Shown here: in pieces, positions 41,549 to 53,420 of the stretch
Position numbering within the stretch: position 1 is the stretch's first letter
How the letters are laid out: each line of letters opens with the position of its first letter
NCBI GenBank assembly: GCA_963754655.1
Contig: CAVWGN010000001.1
Span: 1,728,001-1,792,000 of the forward strand
DNA from: an uncultured Chlamydiae bacterium
GTDB lineage: Bacteria; Chlamydiota; Chlamydiia; Chlamydiales; Parachlamydiaceae
DNA length: 64,000 nt
Direction of reading: 5' to 3'
Notes under the pieces: generated by a model
Databases searched by the model: none
What the model saw: only the letters and a program-made list of their open reading frames with translations
What the model was told of the DNA's origin: nothing
Position numbers and translations under genes: made by a program

Positions 41549-43405
41549 TTAGATTTGCAAATTGAAAAACCCAGCCATTTTGCTGAAAACGGTAGCCAAG
41601 ACAACCGTTAGATCCTTTTTAAAATTTTCATCTACATATTCAAAAGCCATGCCATCCTGATTAACGGCGGCCAAGACAATCTCTCGATCTTTTTTAAGGC
41701 TTTCATCTGCATATCGAAGAGCCTTGCCATTTTGCTTAACGGCAGCCAAAACAATGTCTCGATCTGTTTTAAAACTTTCATTTACATATTTAAGAACTCG
41801 ACCATCTTGCTGAACAGCAGCTAGCACAATTTCTCGATCTTTTGTAAGGCTTTCATCTACATATTGAAGAGTCCTGCCATTTTGCTTAACGGCAGCCAAG
41901 ACAATCTCTCGATTTTTTTTAAAATTTTCATCTGCATATTGAAGAGACTCCCCATCTTCTTGAACGGCGGTCAAGACAATCTCTTGATCTTTTTTAAGGC
42001 TTTCATTTGCATATTCAAGGGTCCAGCCATTTTGCTGAACAGCAGTCAAGACAATCTCTCTATCTTTTTTAAGGCTTTTGTCTGCAAATAGAAGAGCCTC
42101 GGCATTTTTCTGAACGGCAGCTAAAACAATCTCTCGATCTTGTTTAAAGCTTTTATCTGCATAGACAAGAGCTGTGCCAGTTTCCTTAACGGCAGCTAAG
42201 ACAATCTCTCGATCTTTTTTAAGGCTTTCATTTGCATATTGAAGAGCACTGCCATTTTGCTTAACGGCAGCCCAGACAATCTCTCGATCTTTTCTAAAAC
42301 TTTCATCTGCGTATTGAAGCACCGATCCTCTTAGCTGAACACAAGCCAAGACAATCTCTCGATCTTTTTTACAGCTTTCATTTGCATATTGAAGAGCGCT
42401 GCCATCTTCCTGAACAGCAACTAAGACAATCTCTCGATCTTTTTTAAGGCTTTCATCTGCATATTCAAGAGCCAAGCCATCTTGCTGAACGGCAGCCAAA
42501 ACAATGTCTCGATCTTTTTTAAAGTTTTCATCTGCATATTGAAGAACCTGGCCATCTTGCTGAATAGCAGTCAAGACAATCTCTCGATCTTTTTTAAAGC
42601 TTTCATCTGCAACTATAAAAGCTTTGCCATCTTTCTGAACGGTAGCCAGGATAAACTCTCGATCTTTTTTAAGGCTTTCATCTATATCAAAAACAGAACG
42701 TCCAAAACAGCGAGCAACTTGCATAATTTTTTGTTTATCATTAAAATTGGGAAATTTTTTAAAGGTAGAAATGACTGATTCGTTTGCTAGCTGCCATATT
42801 GGATTGTTTCGGCCACCCAGGTAAAGTTTTGCGATAAAATCATTTTTGATCAATATTAGCCTTTGATCGTCAGTGCCCCATACAAGAGAGTTTAAAATAG
42901 ACAATTGTTCTTCGGCCACTCGCCCGATATTCTTATTGGCGCTGATTTTGCAACCTTGAGGGTCCCATACATAATGATTTAAAAGAGAAAGAAATAAACT
43001 GTTAGCGCAAAATAAAGGTGATTGAACCATTAACAATTTTCTAAAACTTTCTCCGAAGGAACCGTGTTGGGCTCGATCGATCAACTTAAGTTCCTGCGAG
43101 GTAAAATCCTTCTTTTGTTCAGTTGCAAGACATTCTGGAGGAGTATTAATAGAGGATTGAGGACTCTTTTTCAACTGAAAAAGAGTCTGCGCCAAGGAGA
43201 TACAAGGATTCTTCTCAACAACTCTTTTCCATCTTGTACAAGTAAGTAAAACAGAAAAAATATCACTTAAAAGTGGCATTTTTTGATTGACAACCCGATC
43301 AAAAAAAATTTCCAATACCTCATCAGGAAGGATATTGTTTAAGCAAACTTCATTTAAATTGGTTTGCATTTCTTGTAAATTAACGAGCGTAAGTTGCATA
43401 AACAT
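41549..43405 (-). CDS. F-box-like + DUF4116-repeat protein (array copy 1)
   Basis: LPDEVLEIFF...VLLTCTRWKRV; 25-aa KKDREIVLAAVQQxGxALxYADES repeats. Confidence 0.9.
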   Translation of the reverse strand: MFMQLTLVNLQEMQTNLNEVCLNNILPDEVLEIFFDRVVNQKMPLLSDIFSVLLTCTRWKRVVEKNPCISLAQTLFQLKKSPQSSINTPPECLATEQKKDFTSQELKLIDRAQHGSFGESFRKLLMVQSPLFCANSLFLSLLNHYVWDPQGCKISANKNIGRVAEEQLSILNSLVWGTDDQRLILIKNDFIAKLYLGGRNNPIWQLANESVISTFKKFPNFNDKQKIMQVARCFGRSVFDIDESLKKDREFILATVQKDGKAFIVADESFKKDREIVLTAIQQDGQVLQYADENFKKDRDIVLAAVQQDGLALEYADESLKKDREIVLVAVQEDGSALQYANESCKKDREIVLACVQLRGSVLQYADESFRKDREIVWAAVKQNGSALQYANESLKKDREIVLAAVKETGTALVYADKSFKQDREIVLAAVQKNAEALLFADKSLKKDREIVLTAVQQNGWTLEYANESLKKDQEIVLTAVQEDGESLQYADENFKKNREIVLAAVKQNGRTLQYVDESLTKDREIVLAAVQQDGRVLKYVNESFKTDRDIVLAAVKQNGKALRYADESLKKDREIVLAAVNQDGMAFEYVDENFKKDLTVVLATVFSKMAGFFNLQI

Positions 43406-43500
43406 CTTTTAATTAAATTGATTATTATAGTAATCAAATCTATAAATTTAATTTTTATTGCTAATTTATAAATTTTAATTTTATAAAGTTTAATTTTATA

Positions 43501-43529
43501 ATTCTAAAATTATAAGCCATTTATTGCAA
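43501..43529 (-). promoter_or_regulatory. Conserved promoter of DUF4116 genes (copies at 45564-45592, 47700-47728, 52934-52962, 58080-58108, 60530-60558)
   Basis: TTGCAA/TTGTAA, exactly 17 bp, then TAGAAT/TAAGAT/TAAAAT/TATAAA/TATGAT/TATATT. Confidence 0.65.
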
Positions 43530-43641
43530 CTACATTCCTTACAGATAGCTAAATTATCCTTACTATCCTTTTATCCTTTTCTGATAGCCAATAGCCATAG
43601 GTATAATAAAGAATCATCAAATGATTTAAGAAAAACAGGAC

Positions 43642-45498
43642 TCATTTGATTTGAAAATTTAGATCTGCAAATTGAAAAAGCCTGTCGACCTTCCTGATAA
43701 CGGTAGCCAAGACAAATTCTTGATCTTTTTTAAAGCTTTCATCTGCATATTCAAGAGCTCGACCATCTTGCTTAACGGCAGTCAAGACAATGTCTCGATC
43801 TTTTTTAAGACTATCATCTGCATATTGAAGAGCCCAGCCATGTTGCTGAACGACATTCATGACAATATCTCGATCTTTTTTAAGGCTTTCATCTGCAAAT
43901 TTAAGAGCATAGCCATATTGCTTAACGGCAGCCAAGACAATGTGTCGATCTTTTTTAAGACTATCATCTGCAAATTGAAGAGCCGAGCCATGTTGCTGAA
44001 CGACAGTCATGACAATGTCATGATCTTTTTTAAAACTTTTATCTGCAAATTGAAGAGACCCGCCATTTTCCTTAACGGCAGCCAAGACAATCTCTCGATC
44101 TTTTTTAAGGCTTTCATCTGCATATTCAAAAACCAGGCCACTTTGCTGAACAGCAGCTAGGACAATCTCTCGCTCTTTTTTAAATTTTTCATCTGCATAT
44201 TGAAGAGCCAAGCCACTTTGCTGAACAGCAGCTAGGACAATCTCTCGCTCTTTTTTAAAGTTTTCATCTGCAAATTGAAGAGCATAGCCATTTTGCCGAA
44301 CAGCAGCTAGGACCATCTCTCGCTCTTTTTTAAAGTTTTCATCTGCAAATTGAAGAGCATAGCCATTTTGCCGAACAGCAGCTAGGACCATCTCTCGATC
44401 TTTTTTAAGGCTTTCATCTGCATATTTAAGAGCATAGCCATCTTACCGAACAGCAGCCAAGTTAATCTCTCGATCTTTTTTAAAACTTGTATCTGCATAT
44501 TGAAGAGCCAAGCCACTTTGCTGTACGGCAGCCAAGACAATCTCTCGATCTTTTTTAAGGCTTTCATCTGCATATTCAAGAGCATAGCCATGTTTCTGAA
44601 CGGCAGCCAAAACAAACTCTCGATCTTTTTTAAGGCTTTCATCTGCATAGTAAAGAGTATCTCCTCTTTGCTGAACGGCAGCCAAGACAAGGTCTCGGTC
44701 TTTTTTAAGGCTTTCATCTGCATAGTAAAGAGACCCGCCATCTTGTTGAACGGCAACCAAGACAACCTCTCGATCTTTTTTAAGACTTTCATCAAAAAGA
44801 GAATATCCAAAACAGCGAGCAACTTGTATAAAAATTTTTTTATCTTTAAAATTAGAAAATTTTTTAAGCGTGGAGATGACCGAGTGGCTTGCTCGGTACC
44901 ATATGATAGAGTCTCGACCAGCTGCGTAAAGTTTTGCGATAAAATCGTTTTTGATCATCATGAGTCTTTGATCGTCCGTGCCCCATACAAGAGAGTTTAA
45001 AATAGACCATTGCTTTTCAGCCACTTGCCGGATGTTATCATTGGCGCTAGTTTTACAACGTTGCGGATTCCATGAATAGCGATCCAAAAGAGAAAGAAAT
45101 AAACTGTTAGGGCAAAATAAAGGTGATTGAATCATTAACAATTTTTCAAATTTTGCTCCATTGCTGCTGCCGTGATCAATCAATTTAAGTTCTTGAGATG
45201 TAAAAGACTTCTTGTGCTCAGGTGCGATATATTCTCGGAGAGGATGAATAGAAGATTGAGGACTCTTTTTAAGTTGAAAAAGAGTCTGCGCCAAGGAGAT
45301 ACAAGGATTGTTTTCAAGAACTCTTTTCCATCTTGTACAAGTGAATAAAATAGAAGAAATATCACCTAAAAGTAGACTTTCTTGATTAATAACCCGATCA
45401 AAAAAAACTTCTAGTATCTCATCAGGAAGTAGGGTGTTTAAACAAACTTCGTTTGCCATGGTTTGCACGGCTTGTGAATTAATGAACGTAAGTTGCAT
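43642..45498 (-). pseudogene. F-box-like + DUF4116 gene (copy 2) with one in-frame TAA at 44443-44445
   Basis: ORFs 44443-45498 and 43642-44391 share a frame; GTT CGG TAA GAT replaces GTT CGG CAA. Confidence 0.85.
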
Positions 45499-45945
45499 AA
45501 TATCCTTTAATTAAATTTATACGTTTTATTTTTATTATTCATTTTATAATATTCAATTTTATTATCTTACAAACATAGCATCTTGATTGCAACTATTTTT
45601 TGATATAGATAAAAACATTAATAATATGATTTTTTGATTTTATCCAGTTACCTGCTAATTGGATAAAATCAAAAAGCGATGCAAAGAACATCTGGCATAA
45701 CTGAAATTTTAGTACATCATGGCTTCATTTAAGAAGAGAGAAAAGTTGCAGACATACAGCAACTAATAAAATTAAAGCCAATAGGATTAGCATAAAAATG
45801 ACTTGATTTTAGTATTTACTCTAAATATTATTTTTTTAGTAAAAATTACCCTGCCTCCCATCCCTCGAGTTTTATATTCCGAGTTTGGGATGAAGAATGA
45901 CACACCAAATGATTTAAGAAAACACGACTCATTTGATTTGAAAAT

Positions 45946-47637
45946 TTAGATCTGCAAATTGAAAAGCCCCTTCCTCTTACTGGAAGCGATAGCCAAGACA
46001 ATCTCTTGATCTTTTCTAAGGCTTTTATGTGCATATTGAAGAGCCAAGCCATCTTGCTGAACGGCAGCCAAGACAATCTCTCGATCTTTTCTAAAGTTTA
46101 GAGCATATTCAAGAGCTTTGCCATTTTGCTGAACAGCAGCCAAGACAATCTGTCGATCTTTTGTAAGGCTATCATCTGTGAATCTAAAAGCTTTGCCATC
46201 TTGCTGAACGGCAGCTAAGACAATTTGTCGATCTTTTTTAAGGCTTTTATCTGCATATTTAAGAGCCCGGCCATTTTTCTGAACGGCAGCCAAGACAAAC
46301 TCTCGATCTTTTTTAAGGCTATCATCTGCGAATCTAAAAGCTTTGCCATCTTGCTGAACGGCAGCCAAGACAATCTGTCGATCTTTTTTAAAGCTTTCAT
46401 CTGCATATTCACGAGCATCGGCAGTTCGTTTAACGGCTGCTAAGACAATCTCTCGATTTTTTTTAAGGCTTACATCTGCATATTTAAGAGCCCAACCATT
46501 TTGCTGAACGGCAGTCAAGACAATTTCTTGATCTTTTTTAAAGCTTTTATCTACATATTCAAGAGCACAGCCTCTTTGCTGAACGGCAGCCAAGACAAAT
46601 TCTCGATTCTTTCGAAGGCTTTCATCTGCATATTGAAGAGCATCAGCTCTTTGCTGAACGGCAGCCAAGACAATGTCTTGATCTTTTTTAAAGCTTTCAT
46701 CTGCATATTGAAGAGCCCAGCCATATTGCTTAACGGCAGTCAAGATAATCCCTCGATCTTTTTTAAGGCTTTCATCTGCATATTTAAGAGCATCAGCTCT
46801 TTGCTGAACGGCCGCTAAGACAATTTCTCGATCTTTTTTAAGAGTTTCATCTGCATATTCAAGAGCCCAGCCATGTTGCTTAACGGCAGCCAAGACAATC
46901 TCTCGATCTTTTTTAAAGCTTTCATCTATATCAAAAACAGAAGCTCCAAAACAGCGAGCAACTTGAATAAAAAATTTTTTATCGTTAAGATTGCGAAATT
47001 TTTTAAGCATGAAGATGATCGAATCTATTGTCCGGTCCCATATGTCATAGTCGCTACCACCCACGTAAAGTTTTGCGATAAAATCATTTTTGATCATCAT
47101 GAGTCTTTGATCATCAGTGCCCCATACAAAAGAATTTAAAATAGACAATTGCCCTTTGGCCACTTGTCCGATATTCTTATTGGCGCTAGTTTTGCAATCT
47201 TGAAGATCCCATCGATAGTGATTCAAAAGAGAAAGAAATAAACTGTCAGCGCAAAATAAAGATGATTGAATCATTAACAATTTTTCAAAACTTTTTCCAT
47301 AACTGCTGGCTCGATCAATCAACCTAAGTTCTTGAAATGTAAAAGACTTCTTTTGTTCAGTTGCGAGACATTCTTGGAGAGGATTAGTAGAGGATTGAGG
47401 ACTCTTTTTCAACTTAAAAAGAGCCTGCGCTAAGGAGATGCAAGGATTCTTTTCAAAAACTCTTTTCCATCTTGTACAAGTAAGTAAAATAGAAGAAATA
47501 TCACTTAAAAGTGGGCTTTCTTGATTGACAATCCGATCAAAAAAAATTTCTAATATCTCATCAGGAATTAAAGTGTTTAAGCAAACTTCGTTTGAAATGG
47601 CTTGCATTGCTTGTGAATTAACGAGCGTAAGTTGCAT
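45946..47637 (-). CDS. F-box-like + DUF4116-repeat protein (copy 3)
   Basis: Same N-terminus and repeats; ends ASSKRKGLFNLQI. Confidence 0.9.
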   Translation of the reverse strand: MQLTLVNSQAMQAISNEVCLNTLIPDEILEIFFDRIVNQESPLLSDISSILLTCTRWKRVFEKNPCISLAQALFKLKKSPQSSTNPLQECLATEQKKSFTFQELRLIDRASSYGKSFEKLLMIQSSLFCADSLFLSLLNHYRWDLQDCKTSANKNIGQVAKGQLSILNSFVWGTDDQRLMMIKNDFIAKLYVGGSDYDIWDRTIDSIIFMLKKFRNLNDKKFFIQVARCFGASVFDIDESFKKDREIVLAAVKQHGWALEYADETLKKDREIVLAAVQQRADALKYADESLKKDRGIILTAVKQYGWALQYADESFKKDQDIVLAAVQQRADALQYADESLRKNREFVLAAVQQRGCALEYVDKSFKKDQEIVLTAVQQNGWALKYADVSLKKNREIVLAAVKRTADAREYADESFKKDRQIVLAAVQQDGKAFRFADDSLKKDREFVLAAVQKNGRALKYADKSLKKDRQIVLAAVQQDGKAFRFTDDSLTKDRQIVLAAVQQNGKALEYALNFRKDREIVLAAVQQDGLALQYAHKSLRKDQEIVLAIASSKRKGLFNLQI

Positions 47638-48081
47638 AAATATCCTTCGACTAACTTTATGTTTTAATTTATTGATAATTTTATAATATTTGATTTACAA
47701 TTTTACAAATATAACATCTTGATTGCAAATATTTTCTTTTTAATATAGAGGAAAGCTTTGACGACCTAATTTTTAATTTTATCAAATTGCCTGTCAATTA
47801 GACAAATCAAAAAAAGTGGTGTCAAAAAACCTGTTGCGTAATTTAAATTATTAAGACATAATGGGCTTATTTTAAGAGGAAAAAAGATGCAGAAATTCAG
47901 AAAAATAAAAAATTAATGCCCCTAAATTAATACCCCTCACTTTAATAAGTGACATAAAATTTTTTAATACGATTGTCAATCCAAGCTTTTAAAGGTAAAT
48001 CGTGTGTTTCTTGAGCCTTTATCTTTTGTCCCTTTTTTCTTACTGTCCACATCATCCCTTAACATTAAATATTTTTAGAAA

Positions 48082-50949
48082 ATGATTACAGAGATTCAAA
48101 ATAATTTTATTAATTTAGATTATCTTTATACATCTTTAGTAAAAAACCCTCCTGATCAAAATAAATTGGAGGAGAGAATTGATAGAATTAGAAGAGTTTT
48201 ATTTCAACTTAAATCTGCTCTTTCTCCTTTTACAATGGCTTTTGCAAAGGAATGGGCTCCTATTTTGGAGGGGTTAAGTGGGCGCATCGAGACATTCAAG
48301 GCAGGAAATCATAAGGTTACGCAATTAATAGATGAGATTTTTAATCTAAAGGTTGAGATAGACAGGGCGCCTTTGCAAGAAAATCAGACTATCTATCGAT
48401 CAAAAATTGATTTTAAATGGATGATATTTCTCGATATGGATTTTCCTGATGACAGCGGCAGTCTTTGCAGAAGTATTGCCTATTACTTCGATCGGAAAGT
48501 CCCTTTGATTACCACCCGCTCTATCTTGAGTGCTCATCATATTGATGATGAGAAGACGAGAATAGCCATTCGGAAAGAGTTAGAAGCAGCAGTATTTAGA
48601 GCTCATAGCGAATGGACCATCTATCAGCAATATGATCCTAAATACGGCAATGAGCTAATTGTCTTTTTACCCAAAAGATTTAATCAAGAGAATCTTGAAT
48701 CTTTCGATCTTGCTGCTGACGGATCTTTAACAATCATTTCTGCTTTAGAAGCTTTTCAAGAACCTGAAAGAAAAGCCTCTATAGAAGCCTTTTACAATCT
48801 TTTTTCAACAAGCCCTAAACTGAACGCAGTGGCTTTTTGGGAAGGGCATGGATTGCCTAATCGCGTAGGGGGATTATTTGCGCACAACGTTTTAAATACT
48901 CTGGATTTTTTTAAAAGGCAAAAATTTAAAGGTGTAGTTGTTAGTTCTTGCTATTTTGGCGGGGAATCCTCTTTGATTCCTTTATCTAAAAGAGAGCCGG
49001 TTTTTGCATTTAATCAAAATCGACTTGACATGCGTTCTTTTCCAATCATTATGCGATCCATTGGGGATTTTGAGGTATATGGGGGACAAGCAGCCGAAAA
49101 AAACATCGATCTGTTTCTAGATGAATTTGCGATTTTTTTAGAGAACGAGGATCAGACTCTTTCAAAATTGCGCCATGTCTTTAACCGATTAGAAAAAGGA
49201 TTCGAAACAAAACATCCTTTTAACTTGGCTAAAGTGAACTTTATCCACACGAGTCATAGCGCGGAAGGGTTTAGGCCAATAGGAGAATCCAATCAGGGGG
49301 AATCTTTGACTTATGTTGCCGCCAAGAGAAACCAGCTTTTTGCCTCTCTATTGTCAATCAATAAAACATATCTCCACCTTCACCCTCAGGTCGTTTCTGC
49401 TTCTATAGAATGGAATAGCTTAGATTGTATTTTGCATTCAATGATTCCGGGAAATGGCCGACATTTGCTGCGCTCGCTGAAACTTTCTTCGATCTCAGCG
49501 GAAGATTTTATCAAAAAAATGCGTGTGGCTTATGATGATTTTGATCATCTTAAACTAGCTTGCAAGGGATTTTTCATTGGATCTCTTCAATCAAAAATTG
49601 ATTGGGACAATAATTTGAGCGAAGTTATTATTTATACTTTTCCATTTAGTAAAACGAGATGTATCTATCGAAAAAAAGAAAAGTATTATCTGACAGACGG
49701 AGAAACGACTTGCCCTCTGACTCCCTTTCAACATGCTCTCTATGTTAAAGAGGTGGAAAGAAGAACGCGGCCTAAAGCAGAAGCTCTTCGCCTATCCACA
49801 GGAGGGCAAGAGGAGATAGAGGACTTTGAAGATGCATTAAGAAGTCTAACCTTTTATCTTGAGGAATCCCAGTCTTTAAAATGCTTGCTTGATTTTGAAA
49901 CGACGACTAAAACACCCCAGAGTCTTAAGAAATGGGTGGATGCCTATCCCCTGGCAGTGGATGACAAAGTCCAGCTGGTTTTGGCATTAGAAGAAATGAA
50001 GTTCTTCGATCTTTCTCTTCAACTTTATCAAGAAATGCACTTCGATGGGAATGCAAAAAATTTCAGTCGCATTCCCTTTATCATTTTGGCATCCATGAAT
50101 GAAAATCTTCCCTTAGTAAAAGAGTTGATCAAGCAAAAAGTGAATATTAATGTCATGAATGCTTTAGATGACTTAAACTCGCCTATGCATTATGCCTGTT
50201 TATCCAAAAATCCTGATCTTTTGGATGCTCTCCTTGATAGCGAAGAAATTGACTGGAAATTAAAAAATTTTGATCCAACAAATAAAAAAGGCCGCGGCTG
50301 GACTGCACTTTCTTTCACTTTACCCGATAAAATTCCTTTTTTGGTTAAAATCCTCGAGAAGAAGGGATGCGAATTGCTTGCTGATCCATTGGGACAGTGC
50401 TTAAAAGAAGTGGTATCCTACTATTCGTTAGAAAAATTAAAGGTTTTGCTAACTATACTAAAAGCTGCAAAAATCGTAAATGGCGATTTTCTCAAGAGTG
50501 TTTTCCAGCACAATAATTGGAATCTATTTAAGATATTGACGGATAAAGTTGAAGTTGTGACTGAAGGCAAAGAAGAAAATCAAATTCTTTCTTTCGGAAT
50601 AAGATATGCAGCCCTTTATAGTTCAGCAAAAGTTTTTAAAGAGCTATTGGCTAAATATAAAAATGATCTGAGGGTTGATGAAGGTTTAAAATATGCGTTC
50701 TTTTCAGGAAGCCGGGAAAAAATTGAAGCGATCAAAGGCTGGCAAATTCATTTTAACAAGGAAGATCACCCTTTATTAGATCTTCTTTTTTCACGTTATG
50801 AAGCATTGGAGGACTTTGAGCAAATAAAGGCTTTGCGTCATTGGAACACAGTTCCATCGCCGGTTCTCGAGAAGTTTATAGTTGACAGGTATAGTCTTCG
50901 CCGCTTGGTTTTATCCAGAAGTGATCATTTAGCTTCTGTTCCACTCTAA
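48082..50949 (+). CDS. Large effector-like protein with putative clan-CD peptidase motif and ankyrin-like repeats
   Basis: FWEGHG...VVVSSCYFGG; LVKELIKQKVNIN, SPMHYAC, GWTAL. Confidence 0.65.
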   Translation: MITEIQNNFINLDYLYTSLVKNPPDQNKLEERIDRIRRVLFQLKSALSPFTMAFAKEWAPILEGLSGRIETFKAGNHKVTQLIDEIFNLKVEIDRAPLQENQTIYRSKIDFKWMIFLDMDFPDDSGSLCRSIAYYFDRKVPLITTRSILSAHHIDDEKTRIAIRKELEAAVFRAHSEWTIYQQYDPKYGNELIVFLPKRFNQENLESFDLAADGSLTIISALEAFQEPERKASIEAFYNLFSTSPKLNAVAFWEGHGLPNRVGGLFAHNVLNTLDFFKRQKFKGVVVSSCYFGGESSLIPLSKREPVFAFNQNRLDMRSFPIIMRSIGDFEVYGGQAAEKNIDLFLDEFAIFLENEDQTLSKLRHVFNRLEKGFETKHPFNLAKVNFIHTSHSAEGFRPIGESNQGESLTYVAAKRNQLFASLLSINKTYLHLHPQVVSASIEWNSLDCILHSMIPGNGRHLLRSLKLSSISAEDFIKKMRVAYDDFDHLKLACKGFFIGSLQSKIDWDNNLSEVIIYTFPFSKTRCIYRKKEKYYLTDGETTCPLTPFQHALYVKEVERRTRPKAEALRLSTGGQEEIEDFEDALRSLTFYLEESQSLKCLLDFETTTKTPQSLKKWVDAYPLAVDDKVQLVLALEEMKFFDLSLQLYQEMHFDGNAKNFSRIPFIILASMNENLPLVKELIKQKVNINVMNALDDLNSPMHYACLSKNPDLLDALLDSEEIDWKLKNFDPTNKKGRGWTALSFTLPDKIPFLVKILEKKGCELLADPLGQCLKEVVSYYSLEKLKVLLTILKAAKIVNGDFLKSVFQHNNWNLFKILTDKVEVVTEGKEENQILSFGIRYAALYSSAKVFKELLAKYKNDLRVDEGLKYAFFSGSREKIEAIKGWQIHFNKEDHPLLDLLFSRYEALEDFEQIKALRHWNTVPSPVLEKFIVDRYSLRRLVLSRSDHLASVPL

Positions 50950-51052
50950 TACGATTTCTTCGAGGGATTTATTTTTTTTCGATTACTAAGAAATAGGAGA
51001 AGAATGACAAACCAAATGATTTAAGAAAACAGGACTTATTTGATTTGAAAAT

Positions 51053-52900
51053 TTAGATCTGCAAATTGAAAATCCCAGCCATCTTGCTGAAAATAGCCAA
51101 GACAAACTCCGGATCTTTTTTAAAGCTTTCGTCTGCAAACTGAAGAGCGCTGCCGTTTTGCTGAACGGCAGCCAAGACAATCTCTCGATCTTTTGTAAAG
51201 CTTGTATATACATATTCAAGAAACAAGCCATCTTGCTTAACGGCAGCCAAAACAATCTCTCGGTCTTTTTTAAAGCTTTCATCTGCATATTTAAGAGTCC
51301 AGCCCCTGTGCTGAACAACAGCTAAGACAAACTCTCGATCTTTTTTAAAGCTTTCATCTGCATATTGAAGAACTCTGCTATCTTGCTTAACAGCGGCCAA
51401 AACGATCTCTCGATCTTTTTTAAGGCTTTCATCTGCATAGTAAAGAGCATCGCCATTTTGATGAATGGCAGCCAAGACCATCGCTCGGTCTTTTTTAAAG
51501 CTTTCATCTGCATATAGAAGAGCACAACCCCTGTTCTGAACAGCAGCTAAGACAAACTCTCGATCTTTTTTAAAGCTTTCATCTGCATATTGAAGAGCCA
51601 TGCCACTTTGCTGAACAGCAATCAAGACAATCTCTTGATCTTTTTTAAAGCTTTCATCTGCAAATTCAATAGCGTCGACATTTTTCTGAATGGCAATCAA
51701 GACAATTTCTCGATCTTTTTTAAGGCTTTCATCTGCAAATTGAAGAGCCCAGCCACTTTGCTGAACGGCAATCAAGACAATCTCTCGATCTTTTTTAAAG
51801 CTTTCATCTGCATATTGAAGAACCAAACCATTTTGCTTAACGGTAGCCAAAATAAACTCTTGATCTTTTTTAAAGCTTTCATCCGCATGTTCAATAGCAA
51901 TGCCAATTTGTAGAACAGCAGCCAAGGCAATCTCTCGATCTTTTTTAAGATTTTCATCTGCATGTTGAAGAGCTAAGCCATCTTGCTTAACGGCAGCCAA
52001 GACAATCTCTCGATCTTTTTTAAGAACTTCATCTGCATATTTAAGAGCCCAGCCCCTGTGCTGAACAGCAGCTAAGACAATCTCTCGATCTTTTTTAAGG
52101 CTTTCATCTGCATAGAAAAGAGCTCCTGCCGTTTGCTGAACGGTCGCCAAGACAATCTCTCGATCTTTTTTAAAGCTTGCATCTATATCAAAAACACAAT
52201 GTCCAAAATAGCGAGCAACTTCCATAAGTTTTTTTTTATCGTTAAAATTGGGAAATTTTTTAAGTGTGGAGATCACTGATTCTTTTGCCAACTGCCTTAT
52301 TGGATTTGTTTGACCAGCCAGGTAAAGTTTTGCGATAAAATCATTGTTGATCACCATTAATCTTTGTTCGTCAGTGCCCCATGCAAGAGAGTTTAAAATA
52401 GACAATTGCTCTTCAGCTACTTGTCTGATGTTTTGATTGGCGCTATTTTTGCAATTTTGAAGATCCCATGGATAGCGATCCAAAAGAGAAAGAAATAAAC
52501 TATTAGCACAAAATAATTGTGATTTAACCATTAAGAATTTTTTAAAAATCTCTTCGTAGTTGCTTTGTTGGGCTCGATCGAGCAATTTAATTTCTTGAGA
52601 TGTAAACTCCTTCTTTTGTTTAGTTGCGATGCGTTCTTCAGGAAAATTAATAGGGAAGTGAGAACTCTCTTTAAGTTGAAAAAGAGTCTGGGCCAAGGAG
52701 ATGCAAGAATTTTTTTCAAAAACTCTTTTCCATCTTGTACAAGTAAGTAAAATAGAAGAAATATCACCCAAAAATGGTCTTTTTTGATTGACAACTCGAT
52801 CGAAAAAAATTTCTAACACTTCATCAGGAAGTAAATTGTTTATGTAAACTTCGTGCGGAGTCCTTTGCATGGCTTGTGAATTAACGATCGTGAGTTGCAT
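51053..52900 (-). CDS. F-box-like + DUF4116-repeat protein (copy 4)
   Basis: Start reassigned to MQLTIVNSQ at 52900 by alignment with paralogs and the promoter position. Confidence 0.88.
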   Translation of the reverse strand: MQLTIVNSQAMQRTPHEVYINNLLPDEVLEIFFDRVVNQKRPFLGDISSILLTCTRWKRVFEKNSCISLAQTLFQLKESSHFPINFPEERIATKQKKEFTSQEIKLLDRAQQSNYEEIFKKFLMVKSQLFCANSLFLSLLDRYPWDLQNCKNSANQNIRQVAEEQLSILNSLAWGTDEQRLMVINNDFIAKLYLAGQTNPIRQLAKESVISTLKKFPNFNDKKKLMEVARYFGHCVFDIDASFKKDREIVLATVQQTAGALFYADESLKKDREIVLAAVQHRGWALKYADEVLKKDREIVLAAVKQDGLALQHADENLKKDREIALAAVLQIGIAIEHADESFKKDQEFILATVKQNGLVLQYADESFKKDREIVLIAVQQSGWALQFADESLKKDREIVLIAIQKNVDAIEFADESFKKDQEIVLIAVQQSGMALQYADESFKKDREFVLAAVQNRGCALLYADESFKKDRAMVLAAIHQNGDALYYADESLKKDREIVLAAVKQDSRVLQYADESFKKDREFVLAVVQHRGWTLKYADESFKKDREIVLAAVKQDGLFLEYVYTSFTKDREIVLAAVQQNGSALQFADESFKKDPEFVLAIFSKMAGIFNLQI

Positions 52901-53420
52901 AAATATACTTTTTTTATAATATTTAAGTGTATATTTATATAAATATAATTTCTTTATTGCAATGATTTTCTTTTTGATATAAAAGCCTAGATACTCCTGA
53001 GTATTTGATTTCATCTGTTGACTGTCAATTACATAAGTCAAAAACTGAAGACAAAAGACATGTGGCATCACTTAAATTTTAGTGCATCATGACCTCCTGT
53101 AAGGAGAGAAAATGCAGAAATACAGAAAAATAAAAAACTTAAAGCTAATAGAATAAGTATGAAAATAGTTTGATTTCACTATGAATATTAAATTTCATTA
53201 GTTTTGGCTAATACAATTTTGTACTTTCAACCTTTAGATTTAAACTAATTAACGCCATTCCCTCAAGCCTTATACTCCAAGTTTAAAATGAAGAATGACA
53301 AACCAAATGATTTAAGTCACCTTACGCAAGCGAGGTTAAAGAATCAGTGATATCCTTTAAATAACCAATAGCATGATTTGTTTAATAGCCTGAAAGGCTT
53401 CAAAGAAAATAGCCCAGGGC

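Noticed and set aside
52901..53071. N-terminal extension of ORF 51053-53071
   Set aside because: Covers the conserved promoter region; paralogs start at MQL.
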